A stretch of 32,000 bases of DNA from Nitrosopumilus maritimus SCM1 (GCF_000018465.1 NC_010085.1:1350001-1382000); one strand, 5' to 3'. Counted from the first letter of the stretch, positions 1 through 9,884 are shown. Notes: generated by a model not told the origin, from the letters alone. Made by a program: numbers and translations.

Positions 1-800
1 CCAACAATGTTTCCATGCTGAGACAAGACACCTACGCCGTTGATATTTTTCTCTAAGAGAAGATTACCCGTATTTGCCAAATCATCATCATAGTTTACAG
101 AAACAATGTCTTTGCTCATGATATCTTCAACATTTACACTTGCACCAAATCCAGATTCAGAGATGAAGCCCTTTCTTGGGAAGATTACAGAGATTACAGG
201 ATCTGTATTATCAAGCACATCCTCAAAGTTTCCTTGTTTTAGTGCCAGTGCAAACAAGTCTCGAAATGTAATGATACCTACTGGAACATCTTTACGGTTA
301 CGAATGATGATTCGAGATATTTTTTCATCTATCATCTTTAGAACGATTTTGTATAATGGAGTGTCAGAATATTGCCATGCATAGTATGGAGACATGTATT
401 CTCCAACCAGTTTTTCGTCTGGATGCATCTTTGTAAAATATCTAACTAGATCAGTCTTTGTAATGATTCCAACAACCTCGTCATTAGATGTGATTACAAG
501 TGAACCGATTGATTTTGTAAGCATAATTTCAGCGCATTCAATCATGCTGGTATGCTCATCAACTGAAATTATTTTTTGAACAATTGTAGATAATGGAATA
601 TCACTTAGGTTTCTCTCAGTATCATCAGTAAGAAGAAAGATTCCCAAGTCCTTTTCAGTCACAATTCCTGTAACTTTGTCATTTTCAGTGACTAGAATTC
701 TGCTCTTTTTCTCATCAAGGATCTTCTTTAGTGCATCAGCCAGAGTGGATTCAAGTTTCATGGTTCTTGGAGCGTGTTTATAGTCTGATGCGTGTTTCAT
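1..800 (-). CDS. CBS-domain protein (multiple CBS repeats), truncated by left window edge
   Basis: Reverse-strand reading from ATG at 800 gives MKHASDYKHAPRTMKLESTLADALKKILDEKKSRILVTENDKVTGIVTEKDLGIFLL...; repeated 'ILVTENDKVTGIVTEKDL', 'LVITSNDEVVGIITKTDL', 'IIIRNRKDVPVGIITFRDL' segments are typical CBS motifs. Missing from the ORF track because it is partial. Confidence 0.85.
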   Translation of the reverse strand, partial: MKHASDYKHAPRTMKLESTLADALKKILDEKKSRILVTENDKVTGIVTEKDLGIFLLTDDTERNLSDIPLSTIVQKIISVDEHTSMIECAEIMLTKSIGSLVITSNDEVVGIITKTDLVRYFTKMHPDEKLVGEYMSPYYAWQYSDTPLYKIVLKMIDEKISRIIIRNRKDVPVGIITFRDLFALALKQGNFEDVLDNTDPVISVIFPRKGFISESGFGASVNVEDIMSKDIVSVNYDDDLANTGNLLLEKNINGVGVLSQHGNIV

Positions 801-891
801 ATCACAAGCAAATCGAGTATAGTATTTTATGATATTTCATATTGTCAACATTGAAAATAACTAGTGTTTATTGAAAAATGAGATTTTGAAA

Positions 892-3165
892 TTATTTATT
901 TCTCAAAACGTTTAGTGCAGAACCAGCTTTGAACCATTCGATTTGTGATTTATTGTAAGAGTGATTCAACATGATTTCTTCCTTGTTTCCATCTGCATGT
1001 GTAATGATACACTTTACCTGTTGCCCAGGTTGCAGATTATTCAAATCAACTAGACTGATCTTGTCATCTTCCAAGATTTTCTCATAATCATCAGGATTTG
1101 TAAATGTCAATGCCAACAATCCTTGTTTCTTTAGATTAGTCTCATGAATTCTTGCAAGACTCTTTGTAATTACTGCAGCACACCCTAGATATCTTGGAGT
1201 CATTGCAGCATGTTCTCTGCTGCTTCCCTCACCATAGTTGTTATCGCCGATGATTACCCAACGCATCTGTTTTTCTTTGTACTGTCTTGCAATCTGGGAA
1301 AATGATTCCAGTTCACCATTTAGAACATTCTTGCCCTTTCCAACCTCATCATTGTATGCGTTAACTGCACCAAGCAACATGTTGTCACTGAGATTATCCA
1401 AGTGACCACGCAAAGACAACCATGCACCAGCTGGTGAGATATGATCAGTTGTACACTTGCCTTTAGCTTTGACCATGATTGGAACCTCTTCAAAGTCTTT
1501 TCCATCCCATACTGGGAATGGTTCTAGTCTTTGGAGTCGTTTACTGTTAGGATCAATGATTACTTCAACATCATCAGAGTTTTCTGGTGGTGCAACAAAG
1601 ATTCCTTCAGGTCTCATGAATCCTTCTTCAGGAACTTCAGGAGCAGGTTTTGGAGGCTCTAGTTTGAACTTTGTTCCATCAGCTGCAGTCAATTCATCAA
1701 CTAGTGGATTGAATGATAATCTTCCACCTAATGATAATGCAATAATCATTTCAGGACTGCCAATGAAATTCAATGTGCTTCTGTGTCCGTCGTTTCTTCC
1801 AGGGAAGTTTCGATTAAAGGTTGTAACTATAGTGTTTTGCTCATCCTTGTCTAATTCAGGTCTGTTCCACTGACCAATGCAAGGACCACATGCATTTGCA
1901 AGAACAGTTGCACCAATGTCTTTGAGTGAATCCATCTGTCCATCGCGTTCAATTGTTCCACGAATTTGTTCTGAACCCGGAGTAACCAGTAGTGGAATCT
2001 TTGCTTTGATGCCCTTTGCTTTTGCTTGCTCAGCTAAACTTGCAGCTCTTGACATGTCTTCATATGAAGAGTTTGTACAACTGCCAATTAGTGCAACAGA
2101 GATTGGATCAACATAATCTTTTGATTTTACATCATCAGATAATTCAGAGATGGAGCGTGCCAAGTCTGGAGTGTGTGGTCCAACAATGTGTGGCTCTAGA
2201 GTTGAGAGATTAATTTCAATTACTTTATCAAAGAACTTTTCAGGATTTGATTCTACTTCAGGATCAGCTACCAAAGATTCCTTGTTTTGGTTTGCAAGTT
2301 CTGCAATGTCGCCCCTGTTTGTATATTTGAGATAAGTCTCCATTCTCTCATCATATGGGAATACAGAACATGTTGCACCAATTTCAGCTCCCATGTTAGT
2401 AATGGTGGCTTTACCAGTACAGCTAATTGATTTTGTTCCAGGACCAAAGTATTCCACAATAGAGTTGGTTCCACCTGAGACTGTAAGCTCATCAGCTACT
2501 TTGAGAATGATATCTTTAGGTGCAGTCCATCCGTTTAACTCACCTGTTAGTTTAACGCCAATTCTTTTAGGATATAGTAACTCCCAAGGCATTCCAGCCA
2601 TGGTTTCTGCTGCATCAAGACCACCAACACCGATTGCAATCATTCCAAGACCGCCTGCGTTTGGTGTGTGGGAATCTGTTCCAATCATCAATCCACCAGG
2701 AAATGCATAGTTCTCAAGAACTACTTGGTGAATGATACCAGCACCTGGCTTCCAAAAGCCACAACCATATTTGGCAGCAGCTGATTGCAAAAACTTGAAG
2801 ACTTCGCTGTTCTCATCAAGTGAAACTTTCATATCAACATCACCTTGAACTTCAGCTCGAATCAAGTGATCACAGTGAACTGTTGTTGGCAGTGCGGTTT
2901 GTTTTAGTCCAGCTTGCATGAACTGCAACATTACCATCTGTCCAGTTACATCTTGTAGTGCAACTCTGTCTGGTTTGAGAAAGACGTAATCTTTTCCACC
3001 AGTAAAGTTAGTATCATCAATTTGGTTTAGATGTCCTGATAGAATCTTTTCAGTAAGTGTTAGTGGTCTACCAGTAACGTTTCGAAATTTTGCAATATTT
3101 TCTTTTAATTTAGCATAAACACCTGAAACAAGTTCGGGAGTAGAGTCAATGTTCACAGTATGCAA
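892..3165 (-). CDS. acn: Aconitate hydratase
   Basis: 757-aa ORF with aconitase motifs: 'GLMIGTDSHTPNAGGLGMIAIGVGGLDAAETMAG', 'VALIGSCTNSSYEDM', 'VTPGSEQIRGTIERDG', 'ANACGPCIGQW', C-terminal 'GDNNYGEGSSREHAA'. Confidence 0.97.
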   Translation of the reverse strand: MHTVNIDSTPELVSGVYAKLKENIAKFRNVTGRPLTLTEKILSGHLNQIDDTNFTGGKDYVFLKPDRVALQDVTGQMVMLQFMQAGLKQTALPTTVHCDHLIRAEVQGDVDMKVSLDENSEVFKFLQSAAAKYGCGFWKPGAGIIHQVVLENYAFPGGLMIGTDSHTPNAGGLGMIAIGVGGLDAAETMAGMPWELLYPKRIGVKLTGELNGWTAPKDIILKVADELTVSGGTNSIVEYFGPGTKSISCTGKATITNMGAEIGATCSVFPYDERMETYLKYTNRGDIAELANQNKESLVADPEVESNPEKFFDKVIEINLSTLEPHIVGPHTPDLARSISELSDDVKSKDYVDPISVALIGSCTNSSYEDMSRAASLAEQAKAKGIKAKIPLLVTPGSEQIRGTIERDGQMDSLKDIGATVLANACGPCIGQWNRPELDKDEQNTIVTTFNRNFPGRNDGHRSTLNFIGSPEMIIALSLGGRLSFNPLVDELTAADGTKFKLEPPKPAPEVPEEGFMRPEGIFVAPPENSDDVEVIIDPNSKRLQRLEPFPVWDGKDFEEVPIMVKAKGKCTTDHISPAGAWLSLRGHLDNLSDNMLLGAVNAYNDEVGKGKNVLNGELESFSQIARQYKEKQMRWVIIGDNNYGEGSSREHAAMTPRYLGCAAVITKSLARIHETNLKKQGLLALTFTNPDDYEKILEDDKISLVDLNNLQPGQQVKCIITHADGNKEEIMLNHSYNKSQIEWFKAGSALNVLRNK

Positions 3166-3302
3166 AAAATGCAGCCCGAATTTAATATTTACAATTCAAA
3201 ATTTTCAAAAAACAACAGAATAGGCATGAAAATTCTTAACAATTATAAGCCAAAAGCAGGTTTCTATTACAGAGTTGGGGAGTAGATTTTTGAGGTGTAA
3301 AA

Positions 3303-3932
3303 ATGGTCAATAAAGGATTTCCAAAATTTGGCATGTCACAAGCTGGCGCATTTGTTGCAGCTTTGAAAAATTACAATTTACCTGATTTTATCCTGGTTCT
3401 AATTGCAAAAGAATGCAAATCAGAATTACTAGAGAGAGGAAGAATTGATGACAGATTACAAAGTATGAATGATGAAGCATTAGAGTTACTCCATAAAGTG
3501 TTTGTAGAGTGTGAAGAAGACAAGGCAGGAAAATATGCTCAATACAGATTCTATGCATATGTCTCTAGCATGTACCACAAATGCGAAGTCCTAGTCAATG
3601 AAACAATTCCAGGCAAGAAAAAGAATCACAAGATGCCAGTTGCAGTCAAAAACAATGGAATGTACATTGCAGTTGCACACAACAAAGCAACAGGACATCC
3701 AGTCAACAAGAAAGACACAACAAAGTTCTATGAGATTGTTGATGACATCAAGAGTGGTGATCACGGAACAATGCTAACTGATGCAATTTATGCTTCTTCA
3801 GTAGGATTCAGAGGCGATGCACTAGTGGAATTAGAAACTCTAAGCAAGTCAAGAAAAGATGATGCTGAAAATCAATTAAATTTCAAGACAGCAAACTTTG
3901 AAAATAATATTTACTCTGTTACAAAGTGTTAA
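3303..3932 (+). CDS. Conserved hypothetical protein, possibly PD-(D/E)XK/Mrr-like fold
   Basis: 209-aa ORF, AT-rich native codon usage; C-terminal half 'MPVAVKNNGMYIAVAHNKATGHPVNKKDTTKFYEIVDDIKSG...DAIYASSVGFRGDALVELE' vaguely resembles restriction-endonuclease-like domains. Confidence 0.6.
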   Translation: MVNKGFPKFGMSQAGAFVAALKNYNLPDFILVLIAKECKSELLERGRIDDRLQSMNDEALELLHKVFVECEEDKAGKYAQYRFYAYVSSMYHKCEVLVNETIPGKKKNHKMPVAVKNNGMYIAVAHNKATGHPVNKKDTTKFYEIVDDIKSGDHGTMLTDAIYASSVGFRGDALVELETLSKSRKDDAENQLNFKTANFENNIYSVTKC

Positions 3933-3934
3933 TT

Positions 3935-4501
3935 TTACAAATTCAGTTCTCTAGTATCCATAGTTAGAAAGGTTGGTTTTCCATCAGTCCTTTTGAAATC
4001 CTCACCATACTGTTCAAACTCTAACTGCTCAAAGAGATGTTTAGTCCAGATGTCATTGACTTCTCTTGTGTGTTTTTTGCGTCCCATCTGTCGAAGCTGT
4101 TCATTAATTATTACGTTTGATACTGCTGTACAGTTTTTTTCTGCCAAGTACAGCTCGTCGTTTTCTTCTTTTGGTTTTTGCCAAAGGACCATTCCAAAGT
4201 TTTCTGCATGATACCCATCACAGGTAGAGTCAGTCCATAATGGTCTAAAGTGAGTCAGATAGAAATGATAGATGTCTTTTCCTCTTTGCTCATGATCACG
4301 AATTAGAGTATGCGTGTCTATTCTTTGGAAGATGTTTGTGGGTTTTGTTATCATCTCATCGCATTGAATCTCATAGTCTTTGCCAAACTTTTCTTTAATC
4401 CATACCTTGAAGAATTGAGCCATCTTTTTGACATATTCGTACTCAAACTGACGCTTGGCACGCTCCTCTTCTTTTTCTAAAAAGATAAAGTGTAAAATCA
4501 T
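3935..4501 (-). CDS. Conserved hypothetical protein
   Basis: 188-aa ORF convergent with 3303..3932; no family recognised. Confidence 0.6.
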   Translation of the reverse strand: MILHFIFLEKEEERAKRQFEYEYVKKMAQFFKVWIKEKFGKDYEIQCDEMITKPTNIFQRIDTHTLIRDHEQRGKDIYHFYLTHFRPLWTDSTCDGYHAENFGMVLWQKPKEENDELYLAEKNCTAVSNVIINEQLRQMGRKKHTREVNDIWTKHLFEQLEFEQYGEDFKRTDGKPTFLTMDTRELNL

Positions 4502-4519
4502 AATAAGAAAAAAGGGTGT

Positions 4520-4759
4520 TTATGTTTGACCTTCAATACCCATCAGGGTTAGAGTTGAACGAATCTTTTCAATTTTTCTGATCTTCCAAGTAATTGTCTC
4601 TCTAAGTTTTTCAACAGTATCAGACTCGATCTTGGCCAAAATATCATATGCACCAAAAGTTCCATGAACTTCTTTGACACCTTCTAGGCCCTTTAGTTGA
4701 GTAATAATTGCCTCTTCTGAACCTAGTTCACAGTTGATTAACACATAAGCTGTTGCCAT
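4520..4759 (-). CDS. Lrp/AsnC ligand-binding (RAM-like) stand-alone domain protein
   Basis: 79 aa 'MATAYVLINCELGSEEAIITQLKGLEGVKEVHGTFGAYDILAKIESDTVEKLRETITWKIRKIEKIRSTLTLMGI', typical RAM domain without HTH. Confidence 0.85.
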   Translation of the reverse strand: MATAYVLINCELGSEEAIITQLKGLEGVKEVHGTFGAYDILAKIESDTVEKLRETITWKIRKIEKIRSTLTLMGIEGQT

Positions 4760-4802
4760 GACTCCAGTACAAATTTCGACTATATCAATAAACCGATTAG
4801 AT

Positions 4803-5222
4803 TCATGCTTGAGAAATCTTTAGAATTTCATCCCAGATTGGTTTTGGAACAGGCATTACAGATAATCTTGAGATTCGAATTAGTTCCCAGTCTTTGAATT
4901 TTTTATTCTGTTTCATTTCATCAAGAGTTACTGGACGTTTTAGTGCTTTTTTGTATTTTACATCAACTACGATGAATCGCTCAACGTCTTCTTTTGGATT
5001 GGAATATGGTTTTGATGTAACTTGCATAATTCCAACTGCTTGTCTTTCGTCACCAGTATGGTAAAACAACACAAGATCTCCGGGTTTCATCTCTCTCATG
5101 TGTTTGAGTGCTAGATTGTTGTGTACTCCATCCCAAACTGTTGTCTTGTCTTTTTTTAGTTGCTCAAAGTTGTAACCTCTAGGTCCACTAGGTTCTTGTT
5201 TTGCCAACCAATAGTTTGCCAT
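4803..5222 (-). CDS. EVE domain protein
   Basis: 'MANYWLAKQEPSGPRGYNFEQLKKDKTTVWDGVHNNLALKHMREMKPGDLVLFYHTGDERQAVGIMQV' is the EVE/THYN1-like pattern; internal ATG at 5222 preferred over the 5288 start of the ORF track. Confidence 0.9.
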   Translation of the reverse strand: MANYWLAKQEPSGPRGYNFEQLKKDKTTVWDGVHNNLALKHMREMKPGDLVLFYHTGDERQAVGIMQVTSKPYSNPKEDVERFIVVDVKYKKALKRPVTLDEMKQNKKFKDWELIRISRLSVMPVPKPIWDEILKISQA

Positions 5223-5268
5223 TTCAAATTTCGTAGAATCAAAGGATGTTTTATGGTTTATGAAATGT

Positions 5269-5431
5269 TCCCCGGTTCTGACTCGCACAAGCTCATTGGT
5301 ATTTTAGCCATAACCTCCTTGGGTTCTGAAACCGGGGCTGCCCATAATGTAGCACGCCTGGGTGAATTAGAAATCATTGGTATCATTACGATCGACATCA
5401 TCCTAATCCGTCTGCGTGCCTGCTCTTGGGC
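5269..5431. ncRNA. Putative structured RNA (strand undetermined)
   Basis: GC-rich segment in an AT-rich intergenic region. 8-bp inverted repeat CCCCGGTT (5270-5277)/AACCGGGG (5330-5337); second arm GCCCA (5340-5344)/TGGGC (5427-5431) and GCACGC (5352-5357)/GCGTGC (5414-5419) separated by a symmetric 7x7 internal loop; inner ATTAG (5366-5370)/CTAAT (5403-5407). Confidence 0.5.
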
Positions 5432-5467
5432 GATTAATTATAGAGCCTATCCTACTAAAAACCATTG

Positions 5468-5731
5468 ATGGAGATCAAAAACCAGACACTGTTTTTCATT
5501 GGAATTATCGTTTTGATTTTAGGGATTTTGATCATAATTTTTGATTATCCACAGATTCAGTATCTGGAAAATTCTGGTGAATCTGAAATAAATTTTCTAA
5601 AAGACATGGAGAGCTTTTCAATTTACCAAAGATTGCAAATTGAAATTACTGTTGGGGCAGGATTGTTTGTTGGAGGAATTGGATTGCTAGTTGTTTCTTT
5701 TCTAAAGAGATTTGAGAATAGACTCAGATAG
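5468..5731 (+). CDS. Small two-TM membrane protein
   Basis: 'MEIKNQTLFFIGIIVLILGILIIIFDYP...EITVGAGLFVGGIGLLVVSFLKRFENRLR'; two hydrophobic helices; 3' end overlaps pheT convergently. Confidence 0.55.
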   Translation: MEIKNQTLFFIGIIVLILGILIIIFDYPQIQYLENSGESEINFLKDMESFSIYQRLQIEITVGAGLFVGGIGLLVVSFLKRFENRLR

Positions 5732-7345
5732 AGATATTTCAAAACCAACTACGGGTACACGGATTTTATAATTTTCAATGATTTTAGAATTAATTTCTCC
5801 AATGACACCAACTGGTTTTCCGTTAATTATCACATCTGCACAATGTCCTTTTTCAAATGTTGGATGTTGAGTGGTTTTAGTTTGAATCTCTAAATCAAAA
5901 CCAGTTTTGAGAGCTGATTGCAAGACAGATTTGATTTCAGTAAAGTTTGCGTCCTGGTGTGCACTAATTCCTGATAGATTAATGGTTTCAGAAATTGGAT
6001 TGCCTGCAGAAAATACAGTTCCAGTCTCAAATAATTTCTGAGGATATGATTCGTGAATGTTCTTTGAGAGATTCTCTAGTAATCCAGGCAAAATTGAATC
6101 ACGTAAGATTGTGTGCTCTTGACTTTTTGAATCAAGTACAGAGATGATTGTTTTAGGTTCTCTATTTGCCATTTCATAAAGAACTCTTTTGCTAGTCAAG
6201 CTAGAGTTGAGTGCTTCGAGATATCCTAATCCAATCATTGTTTGATTAAGTGACTTTAGTTCTAGGGAGACAGGGTTTGTTTGTCCAAGTGTTTGTGATG
6301 GAGAAAGTGTTGGTTCTAGATTTTGAATTCCATATCCTAGTGCAACTTCTTCTACCAAGTCCATTGGACCAAAGATATCAAAACGATATGCAGGAATTGT
6401 ACAGACAATATTCTTGCCTTTGGATACAGCATCTAGCCTCGATTTTTTCAAAGATGAGATGATTTTTGGAGTCTTAAGATCCAGTCCAAGTGTTTGATTG
6501 ATTAGTGATGGACTGACAGTCATCTTTCTTTCAGCAAGTTTTGGAGTAGTGTTTTTTGCACCAGAGATTGTTACAGTCTCCAAAGAGAATCCTGCACTTT
6601 GCAAAATTGTTGCAACAACAGATAACATGTCTTCAGCATCATCTTTGTTTATTCCAGTTACTTCAACAAATAGATTCTTTGTCTTTGTAGTTACTGTAGT
6701 TACAGCAGCATTGATTATTGGTGGAAAGGATACAGTGTTTTGATTTGCATCAATAATTACTGGCATCTTTGAGAAATTTGTAAGCAAGCTGCCATAGTCT
6801 TTTCCAACTTCTGTAGTATCTAGTATTTCAGTAATGGATAGTTCTTTCTCAGAGTTTAGTGGAATGAACTTGTGTTTTCTATCAGTAGTGGTGTATACTA
6901 GAGGGAATTGAATTTTATCTAAATCATGAATTCCAATTGAGGATTTTTTTCTCTTTCTTCCAATACCAAAGTGAAGGTCCTCTTGCATTGCCATGAGTTG
7001 CTTGATTGTTTTATCATCAATTTTGCCGTTTTTTGCAACAATTCCAGTCACAAATGGTCTTACTTTGACAACATCTGGCTTTACAGATACAGAGTATTGT
7101 TTTGATTTTTTGATTTTTAGTTTGATTGCACCAGTCTTGATTCCCAATAGTCCTTGCATGCCAAGTGCAATTCCAAAGTCAGTAGAATAGTCAGGTCTGT
7201 TTGGACTGTACTCTATTCTGACAAGATCCTTGTCTTCAGATTCAATGTCTAATCCCAGAAAAGGCAAAAAATCTGCAATCTGTTTTTTCGAAGCCTTTCC
7301 AATTAGTTTCTGAAGACTAGAATAGGATAACTCTACTACTGGCAT
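5702..7345 (-). CDS. pheT: Phenylalanyl-tRNA synthetase beta subunit
   Basis: Archaeal PheRS-beta pattern: 'MPVVELSYSSLQKLIG', 'VRIEYSPNRPDYSTDFGIALGMQGLLG', 'IPAYRFDIFGPMDLVEEVALGYGIQNLEP', 'FEKGHCADVIINGKPVGVIGEI'. ATG at 7345 preferred. Confidence 0.95.
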   Translation of the reverse strand: MPVVELSYSSLQKLIGKASKKQIADFLPFLGLDIESEDKDLVRIEYSPNRPDYSTDFGIALGMQGLLGIKTGAIKLKIKKSKQYSVSVKPDVVKVRPFVTGIVAKNGKIDDKTIKQLMAMQEDLHFGIGRKRKKSSIGIHDLDKIQFPLVYTTTDRKHKFIPLNSEKELSITEILDTTEVGKDYGSLLTNFSKMPVIIDANQNTVSFPPIINAAVTTVTTKTKNLFVEVTGINKDDAEDMLSVVATILQSAGFSLETVTISGAKNTTPKLAERKMTVSPSLINQTLGLDLKTPKIISSLKKSRLDAVSKGKNIVCTIPAYRFDIFGPMDLVEEVALGYGIQNLEPTLSPSQTLGQTNPVSLELKSLNQTMIGLGYLEALNSSLTSKRVLYEMANREPKTIISVLDSKSQEHTILRDSILPGLLENLSKNIHESYPQKLFETGTVFSAGNPISETINLSGISAHQDANFTEIKSVLQSALKTGFDLEIQTKTTQHPTFEKGHCADVIINGKPVGVIGEINSKIIENYKIRVPVVGFEISLSESILKSL

Positions 7346-8727
7346 TTTGTTGCACTCCTCAACCAACTCAGATTATTGTTGTAAAATTCTCTAACATCAT
7401 CTAGACCATACTTTAGCATGGCAATTCTCTCAATTCCTCCACCCCATGCCAAGACAGGCTTTGTGATTCCTAGTGGCTTTGTTACTTCAGGTCTGAATAT
7501 TCCCATTCCAAATAGCTCAACCCATTTTCCTAGTCTTTCATTGTACACCATAGTTTGAAGTGATGGTTCAGTGTATGGGAAGAATGTTGGCCAGAACTTT
7601 ATCTTTGTAATTCCAATTCTCTTGTAAAATTCTCGCTGAATTCCCATCAAGTTTCTCAAGTTAGCATCCTTTCCAACAACTACACCTTCAATTTGATTAA
7701 ACTCTACAAGATGCTTGTAGCTTACTTTTTCATTTCTAAATACACGGCCCAAAGAGAATACTCGAGCCTCATCAGGTTTTGTTTCAGCAAGATGTTTGAT
7801 TGTAACACATGTGGTGTGAGTACGCAATACAATCTTTCGTGCTTCGTTAATGTCCCATTGGTATCTCCAATTTTTTTTGTGAGAGTCTGAAACTTTGCGT
7901 ATTTGATCAGGTGTTGCAATCTTTTTTGCAGATATTCCATCAAGATAAAATGTATCTTGTAGTTCTCTTGCAGGATGGTCTTGTGGAGTAAATAATGCAT
8001 CAAAGTTCCAAAAGCTTGATTGTGTCATGTTTCCATAAATTTCAGAAAATCCCAAAGTGACAAAGATTTCTCGAATTTCATCAATAGTATCTTTTAGTGG
8101 ATGAGTCCTTGCAACAAAGACTTCAGGTACCTTTGCCTCCACATCAATGCCTCCAGAGGATGCATCAAGATTGATTGATTTTGCTGAATCAGTTAGAGAG
8201 ATTTGTTTTGTCTTTACAACTTCTTCTACAACAAAGTCTGGACGTTTGAGCAATCCAGCCAAGTCGTCTGAATCTAGTTCATCGGCTGATAGTTTAGAGT
8301 CTCCAATTTGTTTGAGAGACTTTTCTCCAGGTAAAACATCGGGAGGATTCTTTAGAGTGATTGTATCTCCTGCAGCATCTACCCAGTTGTTTTTTCTTGC
8401 CAGTCCCATGGCAGGCCCAAACACTGGACCCAGTTCCTTTTGTAAATCAGATAATTTTGATTTGGTCTTTAGTAAATCCAAGAATCTTCTTTCAGGTAAT
8501 CCCTTCTCAAGTGACTCTTTTCCGTTCTTGCCCAAAGTAATGATACTTGATTTTGATTCATCAACATTTGCAAGTTCTTTTAGTTTGAGCCATTCAATTC
8601 CGCGTCGGATTTGATCAGGGGAAAGTTTTGTAGATTTTTCAAGATTTTCAGGAGTTTGCTTTGGGTTGTCTTTTAGTGATGTGATAATTTTTTTTTCAAT
8701 ATCATGGAAGACCTGTGACAACACCAA
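7336..8727 (-). CDS. pheS: Phenylalanyl-tRNA synthetase alpha subunit
   Basis: Class II aaRS motifs: 'FWNFDALFTPQDHPARELQDTFYL', 'RTHTTCVTIKHLAE', 'SLGRVFRNEKVSYKHLVEFNQIEGVVVG', 'AWGGGIERIAMLKYGLDDVREFY'. Confidence 0.96.
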   Translation of the reverse strand: MVLSQVFHDIEKKIITSLKDNPKQTPENLEKSTKLSPDQIRRGIEWLKLKELANVDESKSSIITLGKNGKESLEKGLPERRFLDLLKTKSKLSDLQKELGPVFGPAMGLARKNNWVDAAGDTITLKNPPDVLPGEKSLKQIGDSKLSADELDSDDLAGLLKRPDFVVEEVVKTKQISLTDSAKSINLDASSGGIDVEAKVPEVFVARTHPLKDTIDEIREIFVTLGFSEIYGNMTQSSFWNFDALFTPQDHPARELQDTFYLDGISAKKIATPDQIRKVSDSHKKNWRYQWDINEARKIVLRTHTTCVTIKHLAETKPDEARVFSLGRVFRNEKVSYKHLVEFNQIEGVVVGKDANLRNLMGIQREFYKRIGITKIKFWPTFFPYTEPSLQTMVYNERLGKWVELFGMGIFRPEVTKPLGITKPVLAWGGGIERIAMLKYGLDDVREFYNNNLSWLRSATKCQ

Positions 8728-8771
8728 AACTTCGAAAAAGACTTTTTAAACCTTAACCTAAGTCAATTTGA

Positions 8772-9884
8772 ATGTCAGCTGACGATTTTGTTGTGACTCC
8801 TTGGCACGTAGAAGGAGATATCGATTATGACAAGTTAATCAAGCAATTTGGCACTCAAAAGATTTCTCCAGAACTGCTAGCACGAATCCAAAAAATTACT
8901 GGAGAGGATCATTTCATGCTCAGACGTGGAATCTTTTTCTCTCACAGAGAGATGAACAGAATTTTAGATGATTATGAGAAAGGCAACAAGTTCTTCCTAT
9001 ACACAGGACGAGGTCCATCAGGCCACACCCACATTGGCCACCTGGTTCCATGGGTCTTTGCAAAATGGCTCCAAGAAAAATTTGATGTAAACATGTATTT
9101 TCAATTAACAGATGATGAGAAATTTTTCTCAAAACCAAATCTAACTTTGGAGGAGACAAAAAACTTTGCATATGAAAATGCTCTTGACTTTATTGCACTA
9201 GGTTTCAAACCAGAAAAAACAAAGATCATCATCAACACAAGAAACATCCAAACGCTTTATCCAATTGCAGCTCAAGTTGCAAAGAAGATCAATTTCTCAA
9301 ATACTAAAGCAACATTTGGATTTACAAATGAAACCAACCTCGGAATGATATTTTACACATCACTCCAGTCTGCTCCATGTTTCATAGAAGACAAGCCAGT
9401 GCTGATTCCACTAGGAGTTGACCAAGACCCTCACTTTAGACTAACAAGAGACATTGCACCAAAGATTGGAAAAGAAAAACCTGCATTAATCCACAACATA
9501 ATGATTCCTGCACTAGAAGGACCTGGAGGAAAGATGTCAGCATCTGATGAAAACGGTACAGTCTACACGACAGATGCGCCAAATGTTGTAAAGAAAAAGA
9601 TCAACAAGTATGCATTTTCTGGAGGACAGCCAGACTTGGAACAACACAGAAAGCTTGGAGGAAATCCAGACATTGATGTGTCATACCAGTATCTCAGAAT
9701 ATTCTTTGAGCCAGATGACAACAAGCTAAAATCAATCTATGAAGATTACAAGTCTGGAAAATTACTTTCTGGAGAACTAAAGGCAATTCTAATTGAAAAG
9801 ATGAACGAGTTCCTAGCAGTACATCAAGAGAATAGAGAAAAAGCTAAAGACAAGATAGACGAATTTCTTTTTGAAAACAAATGA
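8772..9884 (+). CDS. trpS: Tryptophanyl-tRNA synthetase
   Basis: 'LYTGRGPSGHTHIGHLVPW' (HIGH), 'IPLGVDQDPHFRLTRDIAPKIG', 'ALEGPGGKMSASDENGTVYTTD' (KMSAS). Confidence 0.95.
   Translation: MSADDFVVTPWHVEGDIDYDKLIKQFGTQKISPELLARIQKITGEDHFMLRRGIFFSHREMNRILDDYEKGNKFFLYTGRGPSGHTHIGHLVPWVFAKWLQEKFDVNMYFQLTDDEKFFSKPNLTLEETKNFAYENALDFIALGFKPEKTKIIINTRNIQTLYPIAAQVAKKINFSNTKATFGFTNETNLGMIFYTSLQSAPCFIEDKPVLIPLGVDQDPHFRLTRDIAPKIGKEKPALIHNIMIPALEGPGGKMSASDENGTVYTTDAPNVVKKKINKYAFSGGQPDLEQHRKLGGNPDIDVSYQYLRIFFEPDDNKLKSIYEDYKSGKLLSGELKAILIEKMNEFLAVHQENREKAKDKIDEFLFENK

Noticed and set aside
1320-2710. Several plus- and minus-strand ORFs of 60-138 aa overlapping aconitase
   Set aside because: They lie in alternative frames of a confidently identified 757-aa aconitase; no recognisable motifs and atypical composition.
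5160-5468. 102-aa plus-strand ORF (track)
   Set aside because: Overlaps the EVE gene antisense and then traverses the self-complementary GC-rich segment; better explained as non-coding structure, although a protein frame cannot be fully excluded.
6250-8614. Plus-strand and out-of-frame ORFs within pheT/pheS
   Set aside because: Shadow ORFs in well-supported synthetase genes.
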